The notes under the pieces: generated by a model | Databases searched by the model: none | Told to the model about the DNA's origin: nothing | Seen by the model: the letters and a program-made list of their open reading frames with translations, nothing else | Shown here: positions 40,233 through 52,189 of the stretch, piece after piece | How positions within the stretch are numbered: position 1 is the stretch's first letter | Layout: each line of letters starts with the position of its first letter | NCBI GenBank assembly: GCA_048268245.1 | Contig: JBLWVX010000003.1 | Coordinates: 32,001-96,000 of the forward strand | Length of the DNA: 64,000 nt | Source: Arcobacteraceae bacterium | Lineage (GTDB): Bacteria > Campylobacterota > Campylobacteria > Campylobacterales > Arcobacteraceae | Direction: 5' to 3' | Position numbers and translations under genes: made by a program

Positions 40233-41318
40233 TTATAAATAAGGCAATTCGTTTACAAAAATTATCTCTAAGCCTTTAAGAAGATGTTTAGATTCTTTTA
40301 AAACTTTAATAGTCATAGAATGAGGATGTCCAATAGCTATTGCATAACCTCTTTTTTTGGCTATTTTAATTGCTTTTTTTAGTTGGTTTTGAATATAAGC
40401 ATACTCTTTTTTATTATCTATAAAAGTGTTTCTTACTATATAAGGCATATTGTACTTTTCAGCCATTTTTTTAGCAACCGATTTAGCAGTTGTTCTACTA
40501 TCTACAAAGATGAAATTATATTTTTTTAAAGCTCTAAATAGTTTATCCATAGCTTCTTCATTTTGTGTAAATACTGAACCTGTATGATTATTTGTAAATA
40601 TAACATTAGGGTACCATTTTCTTAAGTTTTTAACTCTTTGTTCTATTTGCTCATATGTATGAGTGATTTTTAGAGTATTTTTTTCAGGACCCTTGAATTT
40701 ACTAGATGCTTGCATAGGAAAATGAATCATATGAAAAGGTAAATCTTGAGCAATTTTTGCTGAATTAGGATGACTTTTTGTAGGAGGTAAAAATGCCATA
40801 TTAACTTTATAACCTATATCTAAGATAGCTTTTTTTTGTCTAGATGAGCTTACATCATCAATCATAATAACTATTTTTGGTTTACTTACCCCATCATATT
40901 TATATAAAGATTTTTTCAAGAACTTAGACTTATCATCTTTCTTTACTTCTTCTTTTTGTTTTATTACTTCTTTTACTAAAGGTATCTGCTCTTCTTTTTT
41001 TTCTTCAAGTTTTTCTTTAATAATTTTTATTGGCTTATCAATATGGTCTTTATTAAATTCTTGAGTATATTCTTCAAAGGCATTTTTAGGATCTTCTTCT
41101 AATTTGAAAAATTCATCAAGCTTTTTTTCTTGAAACTGTTTAACGCTTTTTTCTTCTACTATATTTTTAGGAGTATCTTTTTTTTCATTTTGCATAATAA
41201 AATAGCTAAGAGCTGAAGCTATAAATGCAAATAAAAATACTAATAAAAATATATTTATTAGTTTTACTTTTGATATATTATTTTTTTTTGGTGATTTTTT
41301 TCTAGTTTTTTTAGTCAT
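40233..41318 (-). CDS. Divergent polysaccharide deacetylase family protein, membrane-anchored
   Basis: IMIDD, HFPM, NNHTGS, FVDSRT, AIGHPH; N-terminal TM. ATG 41318 preferred because TTG 41330 abuts the ilvC terminator. Confidence 0.9.
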   Translation of the reverse strand: MTKKTRKKSPKKNNISKVKLINIFLLVFLFAFIASALSYFIMQNEKKDTPKNIVEEKSVKQFQEKKLDEFFKLEEDPKNAFEEYTQEFNKDHIDKPIKIIKEKLEEKKEEQIPLVKEVIKQKEEVKKDDKSKFLKKSLYKYDGVSKPKIVIMIDDVSSSRQKKAILDIGYKVNMAFLPPTKSHPNSAKIAQDLPFHMIHFPMQASSKFKGPEKNTLKITHTYEQIEQRVKNLRKWYPNVIFTNNHTGSVFTQNEEAMDKLFRALKKYNFIFVDSRTTAKSVAKKMAEKYNMPYIVRNTFIDNKKEYAYIQNQLKKAIKIAKKRGYAIAIGHPHSMTIKVLKESKHLLKGLEIIFVNELPYL

Positions 41319-41328
41319 AGAAGAGAGC

Positions 41329-41357
41329 AATTTAAGGAAGTGAAACTCCCTTAAATT
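41329..41357 (-). terminator. Hairpin after ilvC
   Basis: Minus-strand aatttaagggagt-ttc-acttccttaaatt stem-loop. Confidence 0.6.
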
Positions 41358-41363
41358 ATATTA

Positions 41364-42389
<1,026 letters not shown>

Positions 42390-42557
42390 TTAACCCTCAG
42401 TAAAAATTTTTGTAATTATATCAAAAAAAACTGAAAGTTTAGGAAAAGTAGAAAAAATTGACCATTTAGTCTAAATAATTACATCTTAATAACATTAATT
42501 CAATAGAAATTTAGATAAAATAAATATTAAAAATTAGAAAAATAAGGAAGCTATAAA

Positions 42558-44408
42558 TTGTATAGTTTAATATTTAAAAAAATATTACAAAATAGAAACG
42601 ATTTTACTAATGATGAGATTAATAAACTTGAAGACTTTATAAAAGAAGAGATTATCCTTACGGATAACGATAAATATTTATTAAATTCTAAATATAAAGT
42701 GGGTTTTATAAAATTACAAAATAAAAGAGCTAAATTAAAAGATTTATTCAATGAATATAAGGATATAAATTTAGATTTCGAGCATTTATCAGGTGCTTAT
42801 GATGGAGATTTTGTTTTAGCAAAAAGAGTATTTAATCCTAGAAGTAAAATAAAAGCAAAAGTATTAAGAGTTTTAGATGGTAAAGATGGAGAAGTACTTC
42901 TTTATGTAAAAGACAAAAAGTTTTATACAATAAAAGAGAATATAGAACTTGAAAATAAAGGTGCTACAAAATACGAAGAAGGAGATGTTTTATTAGTTGA
43001 TAACAAAACATTAGATTTAATAAAAAATATTGGAAATATAAAAGATCCTAAAGTAGATGAGTTTATATCTTTACACCTTTATAATGAAATAATAAGACTT
43101 GAAAAGCCTTTAGAAGTTAATGCTTTAATGGATGATGAAAAACAAAGAGTTGATTTAAGGGATTTACCATTTTGTACTATAGATCCAAATAGTGCAAAAG
43201 ACCATGATGATGCAATTTATTATGATGAAAAAGATGCAATTTTATATGTAGCGATTGCTGATGTTTCATATTTTGTAAAAGAAGGAAGTGAACTTGATAA
43301 ATTAGCTTTCAAAAAATCAACTTCTGTATATCTTCCGGGCAAAGTTTTGCCTATGCTACCAAATGAGTTAAGTGAAGATATGTGTTCATTAAAAGAAGGA
43401 GTTGATAGATACTCTTATGTTTTTAAAATGCATTTAGATTTAGAGAATAAAGATGTAAAAAAAGCAGAATTATTCGAAGCTATTATAAACTCTCACAAGA
43501 AGTTTTCATATGGAAGAATTGATAGGGTTTTAGAAGGACATCTTGATCAATATAATAATGTAGAAAAAGAAATTTTTGATTATTTACTTCCTTTATATGA
43601 GGTTACAAAAAGTTTTAGGACAAAAAGACTTGAAAAAGGTTATGATTTTAGAACAAGTGAATTTAGACTAAAACTTAAAAATGGTGAACTTTTTGGAATA
43701 GATGAAGAAGAATCAACAGCATCTCATCAATTAATAGAAGAGTGTATGCTTTTAGCAAATATTCAAGCTAGTAAAAAAGTTAATAGTATTGGAATATTTA
43801 GAATACATGAAGAACCACCTTTTAAAGCTATATCTCAATTAGTAGATGATGTAAATATTTTAGGTGTTAAAGTAAAGCTTAAAAGTGATGTTCATGACAC
43901 AATTACGCATATTCAAGAAAAAGCCTCTCATAGTGTCTTAAGTGAAGAGATTGATGAGCTTATTATTCATGCGCAAACTCAAGCAAAATATAGTTCTAGA
44001 AATTTAGGACACTTTGGTTTAGGTTTTAAGTCATACTCTCATTTTACTAGTCCTATTAGAAGATATTCAGATTTAGTTTTACATAGAATGCTAAAAACAA
44101 AAAATACACCTGAAAATATAGATGAGATTTGTGAGTATATTTCTACAAGAGAAAGAGAAGTTGATAAACTTGTTTGGGATTTTGAAGATAGAAAGTATGC
44201 TAGATGGGCAGCTAAAAATATTGGAACAGAAATAAAAGTAAAAATCATTGATATTGAAAGAAGTAAAGCTGTTTGTTATGATAAGGCTAAGGGAATGAAA
44301 GTTACTTTAGATAATTATAAAGGACAAAATTTATACACTAAATTAAGAGTTAAAATAAAAGAAGCCGATATTGTTACAAAACAAATAATTGCTTCAATTA
44401 AGTACTAA
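42558..44408 (+). CDS. rnr: RNase R / RNB-domain exoribonuclease
   Basis: TIDP.SAKDHDDA, VAIADVS, LIEECMLLAN, HFTSPIRRYSDL. Confidence 0.9.
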   Translation: MYSLIFKKILQNRNDFTNDEINKLEDFIKEEIILTDNDKYLLNSKYKVGFIKLQNKRAKLKDLFNEYKDINLDFEHLSGAYDGDFVLAKRVFNPRSKIKAKVLRVLDGKDGEVLLYVKDKKFYTIKENIELENKGATKYEEGDVLLVDNKTLDLIKNIGNIKDPKVDEFISLHLYNEIIRLEKPLEVNALMDDEKQRVDLRDLPFCTIDPNSAKDHDDAIYYDEKDAILYVAIADVSYFVKEGSELDKLAFKKSTSVYLPGKVLPMLPNELSEDMCSLKEGVDRYSYVFKMHLDLENKDVKKAELFEAIINSHKKFSYGRIDRVLEGHLDQYNNVEKEIFDYLLPLYEVTKSFRTKRLEKGYDFRTSEFRLKLKNGELFGIDEEESTASHQLIEECMLLANIQASKKVNSIGIFRIHEEPPFKAISQLVDDVNILGVKVKLKSDVHDTITHIQEKASHSVLSEEIDELIIHAQTQAKYSSRNLGHFGLGFKSYSHFTSPIRRYSDLVLHRMLKTKNTPENIDEICEYISTREREVDKLVWDFEDRKYARWAAKNIGTEIKVKIIDIERSKAVCYDKAKGMKVTLDNYKGQNLYTKLRVKIKEADIVTKQIIASIKY

Positions 44409-44409
44409 G

Positions 44410-44802
44410 TTATTCTTTAAGATTTGTAAATAATTTAGGTATTTTATCTTTTATAATATATTGGCCAATTAAATTGTGTCTTTTATTTATTAAAATTGGG
44501 GCTACAAGATTTACTATTGATTTTTCAATAGGGTCTTGAAGTACCACAGAAAAATATATATCAAAGTCTTCTCTTGATCTTATATGCATTTTCTCTAAGA
44601 TATCATCTTCAATATTGAAATCAAAAGCAGCATGTTGTAAGTACTTTATATTTACAATTGTAAAGTTAATCATATTCTCTTTATCAAGAATTAAAGTTGA
44701 GAAATATTCGTCTAGTTTTTCTAAGTTTACTTTTTTAATTTCATCAAATCCAAGTAAAGGAATAGTAATTTCGTACATTTGAAGCCTTTTTTGTAGTGAC
44801 AC
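44410..44802 (-). CDS. fliW: Flagellar assembly factor FliW
   Basis: PLLGF; S.VNL.APILIN...G.Q. Start may be the second Met (44778). Confidence 0.85.
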   Translation of the reverse strand: MSLQKRLQMYEITIPLLGFDEIKKVNLEKLDEYFSTLILDKENMINFTIVNIKYLQHAAFDFNIEDDILEKMHIRSREDFDIYFSVVLQDPIEKSIVNLVAPILINKRHNLIGQYIIKDKIPKLFTNLKE

Positions 44803-44828
44803 AATTTTATTGAAAGTATACTTAGGAT

Positions 44829-45821
44829 ATGATATATCTTATGTATAGAAACGAATTTGATAATCATTTAAAACAGAATAAAAAATTTAATGCTTATATG
44901 TTTTTTGGTCAATCAACTTTTTTAGTTGAGTATTATGCTTCTAAAGTAGCGCAACTACATGGTAATAAAGAAGATGTAGAAAAACTATATTTTGATGATT
45001 ATGATTTCAAATATGCAAAAGATAAACTTTTGCAATCCTCTTTATTTTCTGACAATAATATACTTTTAATAAAATTAGATAAAAAAAGACCTAAAAAAGA
45101 AGTTATGGAGCTAATTGAAGCTTGTAATACAAATAGTAATAGTACAGTAATCTTCTCATGTTTAGGTGATAGTGAATTTAAAACAATGGGAAGCTATTTT
45201 AGTGATAAAACAAACTCTGTTAGCATTAGAATGTTCTCACCTGCAAATCATGAAGCTATAAAAATTTTAGAGAATGAAGCTAGAGCATTAGGCATAAATT
45301 ATGAAATACCTGCTTTAAATCATTTATTTTTCATGCATAAAAATGACTTGTCACTATGTATGAATGATTTAAAAAAACTTGCAGTATTAGATGTAAAAAT
45401 TACTTCAAACATAATAAATAGTCATTGTTTTGGAATAGGTGATGTATCTTTTGAAGACTTCTTAAATGATTTAATTCAAGGAAAAGATATAAGCGATGAT
45501 TTGCAACTTTTATTAGAAGAGGGTGTAAATGAAATATATCTTTTATCTCAAGTGACTTCTTATGTTCAACAATTATTTATGATAAGCTCATATGCTAGAA
45601 CAATGGGTGCTCCAAACCCAAAAGAGATATTAGGTTTTGTTCCTCCAAAAAATATTTGGGAAAAGAAGTCAAAACTAGCAATAAATATTAAGCCAGAAGT
45701 CTTTGCTGATATGATGGAATATTTACTTGATATTGAACTAGAGTTTAAAACTTCAAAAATCACTAATCAAAACTTGTATTTACAAGCAACTCTAAGAAAG
45801 TTTACAGTTTTATTTAGATAA
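44829..45821 (+). CDS. holA: DNA polymerase III delta subunit
   Basis: L.QSSLF, L.KLA, EILG..PP; conserved position before rpsF. Confidence 0.88.
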   Translation: MIYLMYRNEFDNHLKQNKKFNAYMFFGQSTFLVEYYASKVAQLHGNKEDVEKLYFDDYDFKYAKDKLLQSSLFSDNNILLIKLDKKRPKKEVMELIEACNTNSNSTVIFSCLGDSEFKTMGSYFSDKTNSVSIRMFSPANHEAIKILENEARALGINYEIPALNHLFFMHKNDLSLCMNDLKKLAVLDVKITSNIINSHCFGIGDVSFEDFLNDLIQGKDISDDLQLLLEEGVNEIYLLSQVTSYVQQLFMISSYARTMGAPNPKEILGFVPPKNIWEKKSKLAINIKPEVFADMMEYLLDIELEFKTSKITNQNLYLQATLRKFTVLFR

Positions 45822-45845
45822 AATCACGGACTTTACAAAAATTCA

Positions 45846-45895
45846 TCCTTGCTGATATTAGGAAATGTAAAGATACCGGCACACACTATAAGGAG
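45846..45895 (+). promoter_or_regulatory. Probable S6:S18 autoregulatory leader
   Basis: 5' TCCTTGC can pair with the SD (AAGGA); internal CCG at 45876-45878; directly upstream of rpsF-ssb-rpsR. Confidence 0.55.
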
Positions 45896-45903
45896 AAAAA
45901 TAG

Positions 45904-46257
45904 ATGTCAAAATTAAAACATTACGAAACAATGTTTATTGTTAAACCTACTTTAACTGAAGAAGAGACTCAAGCTCAAATTGAAACTGTAAAAGCAAATA
46001 TTGCTAAAAATGGTGGAGAAGTTATTGCTTGTGATGATATGGGAACTAAGCAATTAGCTTACGAAATTGAAGGAAACAAAAGAGGTTATTACTATGTAAT
46101 TTACTTCAAAGGTGAACCATCAAGCATTAAAGAACTTGAAAGAAATTACAAGTTCAATGAAAATATCATTAGATTTATTTTCATTAAATATGAAAACAAA
46201 AAAGAAATCGCTGCATGGACTAAAATGAGCGACGAGGCAGCTAAAAAAGCTAACTAA
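45904..46257 (+). CDS. rpsF: 30S ribosomal protein S6
   Basis: [25 protein letters not shown]. Confidence 0.97.
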   Translation: MSKLKHYETMFIVKPTLTEEETQAQIETVKANIAKNGGEVIACDDMGTKQLAYEIEGNKRGYYYVIYFKGEPSSIKELERNYKFNENIIRFIFIKYENKKEIAAWTKMSDEAAKKAN

Positions 46258-46280
46258 TAAAATAAAGACAGGAACCACTT

Positions 46281-46817
46281 ATGTATAACAAAGTAATTAT
46301 GGTTGGAAATCTTACTAGAGATATTGAACTAAGATATTTACCTTCAGGTGCAGCAATTGCTAAATCTGCTGTTGCAACTTCATATAAATATAAAACATCT
46401 ACTGGTGAACAAAAAGATGAAGTTTGTTTTTTAGATTTTAATATCTTTGGTAGATCTGCTGAAGTTGCTAATCAGTACCTAAGAAAAGGTTCTAAAGTTT
46501 TATTAGAGGGAAGACTTGTATTTGAACAATGGACTGCTCAGGATGGAACTAACAGAAATAGACACTCTTTAAGAGTTGACACTATGAAAATGTTAGATTC
46601 AAAGAGTGATTCAATGAATAATGCATCTGGGGACAACCAAGGTTATAATCCACAAGGTGGATCGTATAATCAACCAGCTGCAAATCAATACAATAATATG
46701 AATTCTCAAAATAGTAATACGCAAAACAACTATGGTGGTATGAATAATCAAGCACAACAAATGCCTGAACAAAAAATACCTGAAATAGATATAGACGAAG
46801 ATGAAATACCGTTCTAG
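46281..46817 (+). CDS. ssb: Single-stranded DNA-binding protein
   Basis: NKVI.VGNLTRD.ELRY, YL.KGS.V..EGRL, acidic tail DEDEIPF. Confidence 0.98.
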   Translation: MYNKVIMVGNLTRDIELRYLPSGAAIAKSAVATSYKYKTSTGEQKDEVCFLDFNIFGRSAEVANQYLRKGSKVLLEGRLVFEQWTAQDGTNRNRHSLRVDTMKMLDSKSDSMNNASGDNQGYNPQGGSYNQPAANQYNNMNSQNSNTQNNYGGMNNQAQQMPEQKIPEIDIDEDEIPF

Positions 46818-46834
46818 AAAAAAAGGATTATAAA

Positions 46835-47092
46835 ATGGCTGAAAGAAGAAAATACGGAAAAAAATATTGTAAATACACTGAAATGAAAGTTGATTTCATT
46901 GATTACAAAAATACAGATTTATTAAAAATTTCAATGTCTGAAAGAGGTAAAATTATGCCTAGAAGACTTACTGGAAACTCTAAAAACTCTCAAGAAATGG
47001 TAGAGAAAGCAATCAAAAGAGCTAGACACATGGCTTTAGTTCCTTACATTGTTGATACTAAAAACGTTACTGATGCAGCATACGCTAAATAA
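46835..47092 (+). CDS. rpsR: 30S ribosomal protein S18
   Basis: IDYKN, SERGKI.PRRLTG, AIKRAR.MAL.PY. Confidence 0.98.
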   Translation: MAERRKYGKKYCKYTEMKVDFIDYKNTDLLKISMSERGKIMPRRLTGNSKNSQEMVEKAIKRARHMALVPYIVDTKNVTDAAYAK

Positions 47093-47111
47093 GTAAAAGT
47101 TTTATAAATCT

Positions 47112-47146
47112 AAAAAGGGAAGAGGTTTTACCTCTTCCCTTTTTTT
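47112..47146 (+). terminator. Intrinsic terminator of the rpsF operon
   Basis: aaaaagggaagaggt-ttt-acctcttccctttttt. Confidence 0.9.
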
Positions 47147-47153
47147 ATATATT

Positions 47154-47339
47154 ATGAAAAGTTTATTAAAAGAGGCATTACGTCTACGATTTGAGTACTA
47201 TAATCTTTATGAAAATAAAGAGGATAAATGGCATAAAAAATATAAAAATCATGAATTATATAAAGTTGTAGTTGAGAGTTTTAAATATGATTTTACTCAA
47301 ATAGCACAGAAAATGCCAGAGTTATTAAAAAAGAGTTAA
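47154..47339 (+). CDS. Small hypothetical protein
   Basis: 61-aa ORF filling the gap between two terminators; no clear RBS. Confidence 0.5.
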   Translation: MKSLLKEALRLRFEYYNLYENKEDKWHKKYKNHELYKVVVESFKYDFTQIAQKMPELLKKS

Positions 47340-47365
47340 TAAAAGAGGAGTAATCCTCTTTTATT
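47338..47365. terminator. Bidirectional terminator
   Basis: aataaaagagga-gtaa-tcctcttttatt between convergent ORFs. Confidence 0.8.
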
Positions 47366-47367
47366 TT

Positions 47368-49347
47368 TTAGTTAATTAAATGCATAAAATGCATGTGTTT
47401 TTCGTATTGATCAACAATATCACTTCTAATACTATCTTTTTCCCAAGCCATAATATCATAGTCTTGGCCACCTTCAATTAAGTGAACAATTGCACAAAAG
47501 TATAACTCGTCTTCTTCTCTTTCTTCATCATTTTTATCTTCATTTACAAAAGCAGGTTTAATTCTTGATATATTTTTTACTTGATATAAAAAGTTTTTAT
47601 TTTCACCAAAGTTAGTCTCTTCACCAAGATTTACAACTAAAGTTACTTTGTCATGAGTATCACTCATTTTTACTTCAACATCAAATTCATTTTTTCTTAA
47701 TACATTTGCAACATCTTCCATTGCTGGTTTTACAACTTTTTCTAAGAACCTTCTAACATTCTTTTTTGTTGGATAGTTTACAATATTATTAAGTCTTTTA
47801 TCCCAGTCTTCTGCATTTGTTGTTGATGTTGCCATTGTAGTAGAGTATTGTAAACTCTCCTTTTTAGCAATATCAAGTCTTAGTGCTTTTATAAGACCAT
47901 AAGTTGCAACTAATAAAACAATACTAAAAGGTAAGGCACTTGCAATAGTCATGGTTTGCAAGGCTGCTAAACCACCTGCAAGTATTAGAATAGATGCAAT
48001 AACGCCTTCTCCTACTGCCCAATAAACTCTTTGCCAAATTGGTGTATTGTCATTACCATTTGAACAAAGCATATCAATTACCATAGAACCTGAATCCGAA
48101 GATGTAACAAAGAATACAATAACCATAATTGTAGCAATTACAGAAGTAAGTGATGCAAAAGGAAAGTTCTCTAAAAATGCAAATAGTGCAACTGTAACAT
48201 CATTTGATACTGTAGTTCCAAGTTGTGTAATTCCTTTTACTAAAATTAAATCAATAGCAGAGTTACCAAAGAATGTCATCCACATTAATGTAAATCCAGT
48301 TGGTACTAATAAAACACCAAGTGTAAACTCTCTAATTGTTCTACCCCTTGAAATTCTAGCAATAAATAGACCTACAAATGGTGACCATGAAATCCACCAA
48401 GCCCAATATAAAATAGTCCATCCACCAATCCAGTCAGTTTTTTCATAAGCAAATAGATTAAAAGTACTACTTAGAATATTTGAGGCATATGAACCTATAT
48501 TTTGAACATAGGCTTGAAGTAAGAATACAGTTGGTCCTACTATTAAAATAAATAGTAAAAGTCCTACTGCTAATAAAAGATTTATTTCTGATAATCTTTT
48601 GATACCTTTATCAAGCCCTGTAGTTACAGAAAGTGTTGCAAGTGCAGTAACACCAAGAATTAAAATTACTTGTGTTGTAGGACCTACTGGAACATCCCAT
48701 AAATAGTTTAATCCTGTATTTACCTGTAAAACACCATAACCAAGTGATGTTGCAACCCCAAATAAAGTACCAATTACTGCAAAAATATCAACAGCATGAC
48801 CAATTGGTCCATAAATCTTATCCCCAATAATTGGATAAAGTGCTGATCTTAAAGTAAGTGGAAGATTATGTCTATAGCTAAAGAAGGCTAAAATAATTGC
48901 AACAATTGCATATATAGCCCATGCATGTAATCCCCAGTGAAAGAATGTAATTCTCATAGCTTCTCTTGCAGCCTCTACTGTACTTCCATCTCCAACAGGA
49001 GGATTTAAAAAATGCATTACAGGTTCTGCAACACCAAAAAACATTAAACCAATACCCATACCAGCTGAGAAAAGCATAGCAAACCAAGATAGGTTAGTAT
49101 AATCAGAGGTTGAATGATCAGGTCCTAGTTTAATATCTCCATATTTTGAAAAAGCTAAAAAAGCAACAGTTATTAAAATAATAGCAACAGTAAGAACATA
49201 GAACCAACTACCATTCTCTACTATTACTGCCTGTAAGGCTTTAAAAAAACTATCTGCTACTTTTGGAAAAACAGAAGCAAAAAGTGCTAAACATATAATT
49301 AACCCTGAGGAGACATAAAAAACAGTTTTATTTAATTTTGAAGTCAT
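47368..49347 (-). CDS. betT: BCCT-family transporter with long C-terminal tail (BetT-like choline/betaine uptake)
   Basis: SWFAMLFSAGMGIGL, FFHWGLHAW, WTILYWAWWISWSPFVG.FIARISRGRTIREF; tail EGGQDYDIM. ATG 49347 has an AAGGA RBS. Confidence 0.88.
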   Translation of the reverse strand: MTSKLNKTVFYVSSGLIICLALFASVFPKVADSFFKALQAVIVENGSWFYVLTVAIILITVAFLAFSKYGDIKLGPDHSTSDYTNLSWFAMLFSAGMGIGLMFFGVAEPVMHFLNPPVGDGSTVEAAREAMRITFFHWGLHAWAIYAIVAIILAFFSYRHNLPLTLRSALYPIIGDKIYGPIGHAVDIFAVIGTLFGVATSLGYGVLQVNTGLNYLWDVPVGPTTQVILILGVTALATLSVTTGLDKGIKRLSEINLLLAVGLLLFILIVGPTVFLLQAYVQNIGSYASNILSSTFNLFAYEKTDWIGGWTILYWAWWISWSPFVGLFIARISRGRTIREFTLGVLLVPTGFTLMWMTFFGNSAIDLILVKGITQLGTTVSNDVTVALFAFLENFPFASLTSVIATIMVIVFFVTSSDSGSMVIDMLCSNGNDNTPIWQRVYWAVGEGVIASILILAGGLAALQTMTIASALPFSIVLLVATYGLIKALRLDIAKKESLQYSTTMATSTTNAEDWDKRLNNIVNYPTKKNVRRFLEKVVKPAMEDVANVLRKNEFDVEVKMSDTHDKVTLVVNLGEETNFGENKNFLYQVKNISRIKPAFVNEDKNDEEREEDELYFCAIVHLIEGGQDYDIMAWEKDSIRSDIVDQYEKHMHFMHLIN

Positions 49348-49435
49348 TAAAATCCTTTGTATAATGTATTTGTTATTCATTATACAAAAAAAAGATAATG
49401 TTAAGTTTATATAAGTATAGTTTACTAAGTTTTTT

Positions 49436-49465
49436 AATAAAGCCTAACTTAAGTTAGGCTTTATT
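49436..49465 (-). terminator. Hairpin after cysS
   Basis: 30-bp perfect palindrome aataaagcctaactt/aagttaggctttatt overlapping the cysS stop. Confidence 0.7.
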
Positions 49466-50864
49466 GTTTTTCCCAAACAACACCATTTGGCGTGTCCATT
49501 AAATTTATGTTCATTGCTGATAATTCATCTCTAACTTTATCAGCACTTTCAAAATCTTTAGCTTTTTTAGCTTCAGCTCTTTTTAAAATAAGTTCTTCAA
49601 TTTTATTTTTTGTTTGCTCATCAATTCCAAATTGGAAGTATTCATAAGCATCGCTTCCACCAAAACCTAAAGCTTCTTCAATGAACTCTAAAGATGCTAC
49701 AAGCTCTTTTTTGAAAGCTTTATCTTTTGGATTTTCATTTAACTTTTCATTTGCATTATTGATAAACTCATCAATAACTGAAAGGGCTTTAGAAGTATTT
49801 AAGTCATCATTTAAAGCTTCAATAATTGCAGCTTTAAAATCTTTGTTTATAGCAGATTTTCCACCACCATAAACTCTTTTTTTAACTCTATAAAACTTGT
49901 CTAATCTTTTTTTAGAAGCTATTAAGTCTTCTTCATTAAAATTAAAGTTTGCTCTATAGTGAGCTGTTATAAGATAAAATCTTACAACTTCTCCTGAGTA
50001 TGCTTTTAGAATATCTTTTAAGAAAAATGAGTTTCCAAGTGATTTACTCATTTTTTCACCATTGATATTTACAAAACCATTGTGCATCCAATATTTTGCT
50101 AAATGCTGTTTTGAGTCACATCTAGTTTGAGCTGCTTCATTTTCATGATGAGGGAAAAGTAAGTCAGCTCCTCCTCCATGAATATCAATTTGATATTCAC
50201 TATCTTCATAAGCTAAATGTTTTTTAATCATAGCAGAACATTCAATATGCCATCCTGGACGACCAAGACCAAATGGTGCTTCAAAACTTACGTCATTTTC
50301 TTTTGCAAATTTCCATAAGGCAAAGTCTGATGAGTTCCTTTTTTCAGTGTTTGTTACTACTCTTGATTGAGAGTTCTCATCACTTGCCATTGATGAAATA
50401 GAACCATAAGTTTCATCTTTTGAAGTATCAAAATATATACCATCGCTAGTTTTATAAGCAACATCTTTAGATATTAGGTTATTAATCATATCTTTCATAA
50501 TTTCAAGATTTTGTGTTGCTTTTGGCTCTAATGTATTATTTAATACATTTAAAGTTTTCATATCATTTTTATAAGCATTGATATACGAAGTAGTAATATC
50601 TTCAAGTGTTCTTGATGTTATATACATCTTTTTTATAATTTTATCATCAATATCAGTAAAGTTTTTTGTCATTGTTACTTCATAGTTGTTTATTTTAAAC
50701 ATTCTATGAAGTAAGTCAAATGCAATGGCACTTCTTGCATGACCTAAGTGTGAGTCATCATAAACTGTTGGCCCACACACATATATTTTTACTTGATTTT
50801 TCTTGATAGCTTCAAATTGAACTTTTTTCTTCTTTACTGAATCAAATATATTTATAGTTTTCAT
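49461..50864 (-). CDS. cysS: Cysteine--tRNA ligase
   Basis: CGPTVYD..HLGH, GRPGWHIECS, FPHHENE, KMSKS. Confidence 0.98.
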   Translation of the reverse strand: MKTINIFDSVKKKKVQFEAIKKNQVKIYVCGPTVYDDSHLGHARSAIAFDLLHRMFKINNYEVTMTKNFTDIDDKIIKKMYITSRTLEDITTSYINAYKNDMKTLNVLNNTLEPKATQNLEIMKDMINNLISKDVAYKTSDGIYFDTSKDETYGSISSMASDENSQSRVVTNTEKRNSSDFALWKFAKENDVSFEAPFGLGRPGWHIECSAMIKKHLAYEDSEYQIDIHGGGADLLFPHHENEAAQTRCDSKQHLAKYWMHNGFVNINGEKMSKSLGNSFFLKDILKAYSGEVVRFYLITAHYRANFNFNEEDLIASKKRLDKFYRVKKRVYGGGKSAINKDFKAAIIEALNDDLNTSKALSVIDEFINNANEKLNENPKDKAFKKELVASLEFIEEALGFGGSDAYEYFQFGIDEQTKNKIEELILKRAEAKKAKDFESADKVRDELSAMNINLMDTPNGVVWEKQ

Positions 50865-50865
50865 G

Positions 50866-52038
50866 TTATTTAAATAGTGCTTCTAAAGATGAAGTATCAG
50901 TTGTTTTTTCTTCATTATGATTTGAATCCATAGATGAAGTAGGTGTTTTACCTTCTATTTCAACTAACTCAATATCATATTTTGTAAGCATTGAAGCTAA
51001 TCTAATATTTAAACCAGATTTTCCAATAGCTTTTGATTTTTGATCACTTGGGATAGTAACTGTTGCTTTACCTTTTTCATTCCCTTCAGGTGCTTTATCA
51101 ATTTTTACAGATGATATAATTGCAGGAGATAAGGCTCTTGATAAGAACATTTCAGGAACAGTTGAGTATTCAACACAGTCAATATTTTCACCATTTAATT
51201 GTTGAGAAACTGCACCAATTCTAACACCTTTAACCCCAACAACAGAACCAATTGGGTCTATTTGTGGATCAGTAGTTAAAAGTGCAATTTTAGCTCTAGA
51301 ACCAGGAATTCTAGCACTAGCTTCAATAGAGATTTTTTCATCTTTAAGTTCAGGAACTTCAAGTTTTAATAATGACTCTAAGAATTTAGGGCTTGTTCTT
51401 GAAATTTCAATAATTAAACCATTTGATTTATCAATATTTACTGATTTTACAACTGCTTTGATTGTATCACCTATTCTAAATGACTCACCTTTGATTCTAC
51501 TTTTTCTAGCTAGCATACCTTTAACTTCACCAATTTCAATAAATGTATTTTCAGATCTATCTACTCTTGTTACAGTTCCTGAAATAATTTTTCCTACTTT
51601 GCTTTTATATTTGCTAACTAAATTCTCTTCAATAAATCTTTGAATTCTATACTCAAAGTTGTTATGTAAAATTGTAGCTGCGTTTCTTCCCATGTTTTCA
51701 AACTCAAGATCATAATCTACTGTATCACCAACTTCTAAGTCTTGATCAATCTCTTTTGCTTCAGATAATTCAATAAAGTTTTCAGGGTTAAGTTTATTTC
51801 CCCATTCATCTTCACCTAAACCTAAAGTTCTATTATCACCATCAGGTACAACTTCAATTTTTTGTGAAAGTTCTAACTTTTTACTTTCTCTATCAATATT
51901 TGCATCAAAGACTAATGTTTCATCCACCATTTTTTGGGCGGTTTTGATTAATGCTTCTTTTAAAGCATTTTCAACATCTTCAATTTTTAAGCCTTTTTCA
52001 TAGGCAATTGAATCTAAAATATCTATTATTTTGTCCAT
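50866..52038 (-). CDS. nusA: Transcription factor NusA
   Basis: S1 and KH domains; LEVPE, ARIPG.RAK, G.VVGVKG.RI, AIGKSGLN.RLAS. ATG 52038 preferred. Confidence 0.96.
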   Translation of the reverse strand: MDKIIDILDSIAYEKGLKIEDVENALKEALIKTAQKMVDETLVFDANIDRESKKLELSQKIEVVPDGDNRTLGLGEDEWGNKLNPENFIELSEAKEIDQDLEVGDTVDYDLEFENMGRNAATILHNNFEYRIQRFIEENLVSKYKSKVGKIISGTVTRVDRSENTFIEIGEVKGMLARKSRIKGESFRIGDTIKAVVKSVNIDKSNGLIIEISRTSPKFLESLLKLEVPELKDEKISIEASARIPGSRAKIALLTTDPQIDPIGSVVGVKGVRIGAVSQQLNGENIDCVEYSTVPEMFLSRALSPAIISSVKIDKAPEGNEKGKATVTIPSDQKSKAIGKSGLNIRLASMLTKYDIELVEIEGKTPTSSMDSNHNEEKTTDTSSLEALFK

Positions 52039-52189
52039 TAATAACCTTTTTTGTGTTGACATTGAAATGATTTGTTTTGATTTCCAATGTAATGTAGGCA
52101 GATATTATATCTAAAACTTCTTTTATACAAATTAAAGCAATTTTAAGATAAAATGTATAGTTACATTAAAAAAGAAAAGGGCTTAATAG

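Noticed and set aside
46590..46780. N/Q/G-rich low-complexity stretch in ssb
   Set aside because: This is the ordinary disordered SSB linker, not a repeat element.
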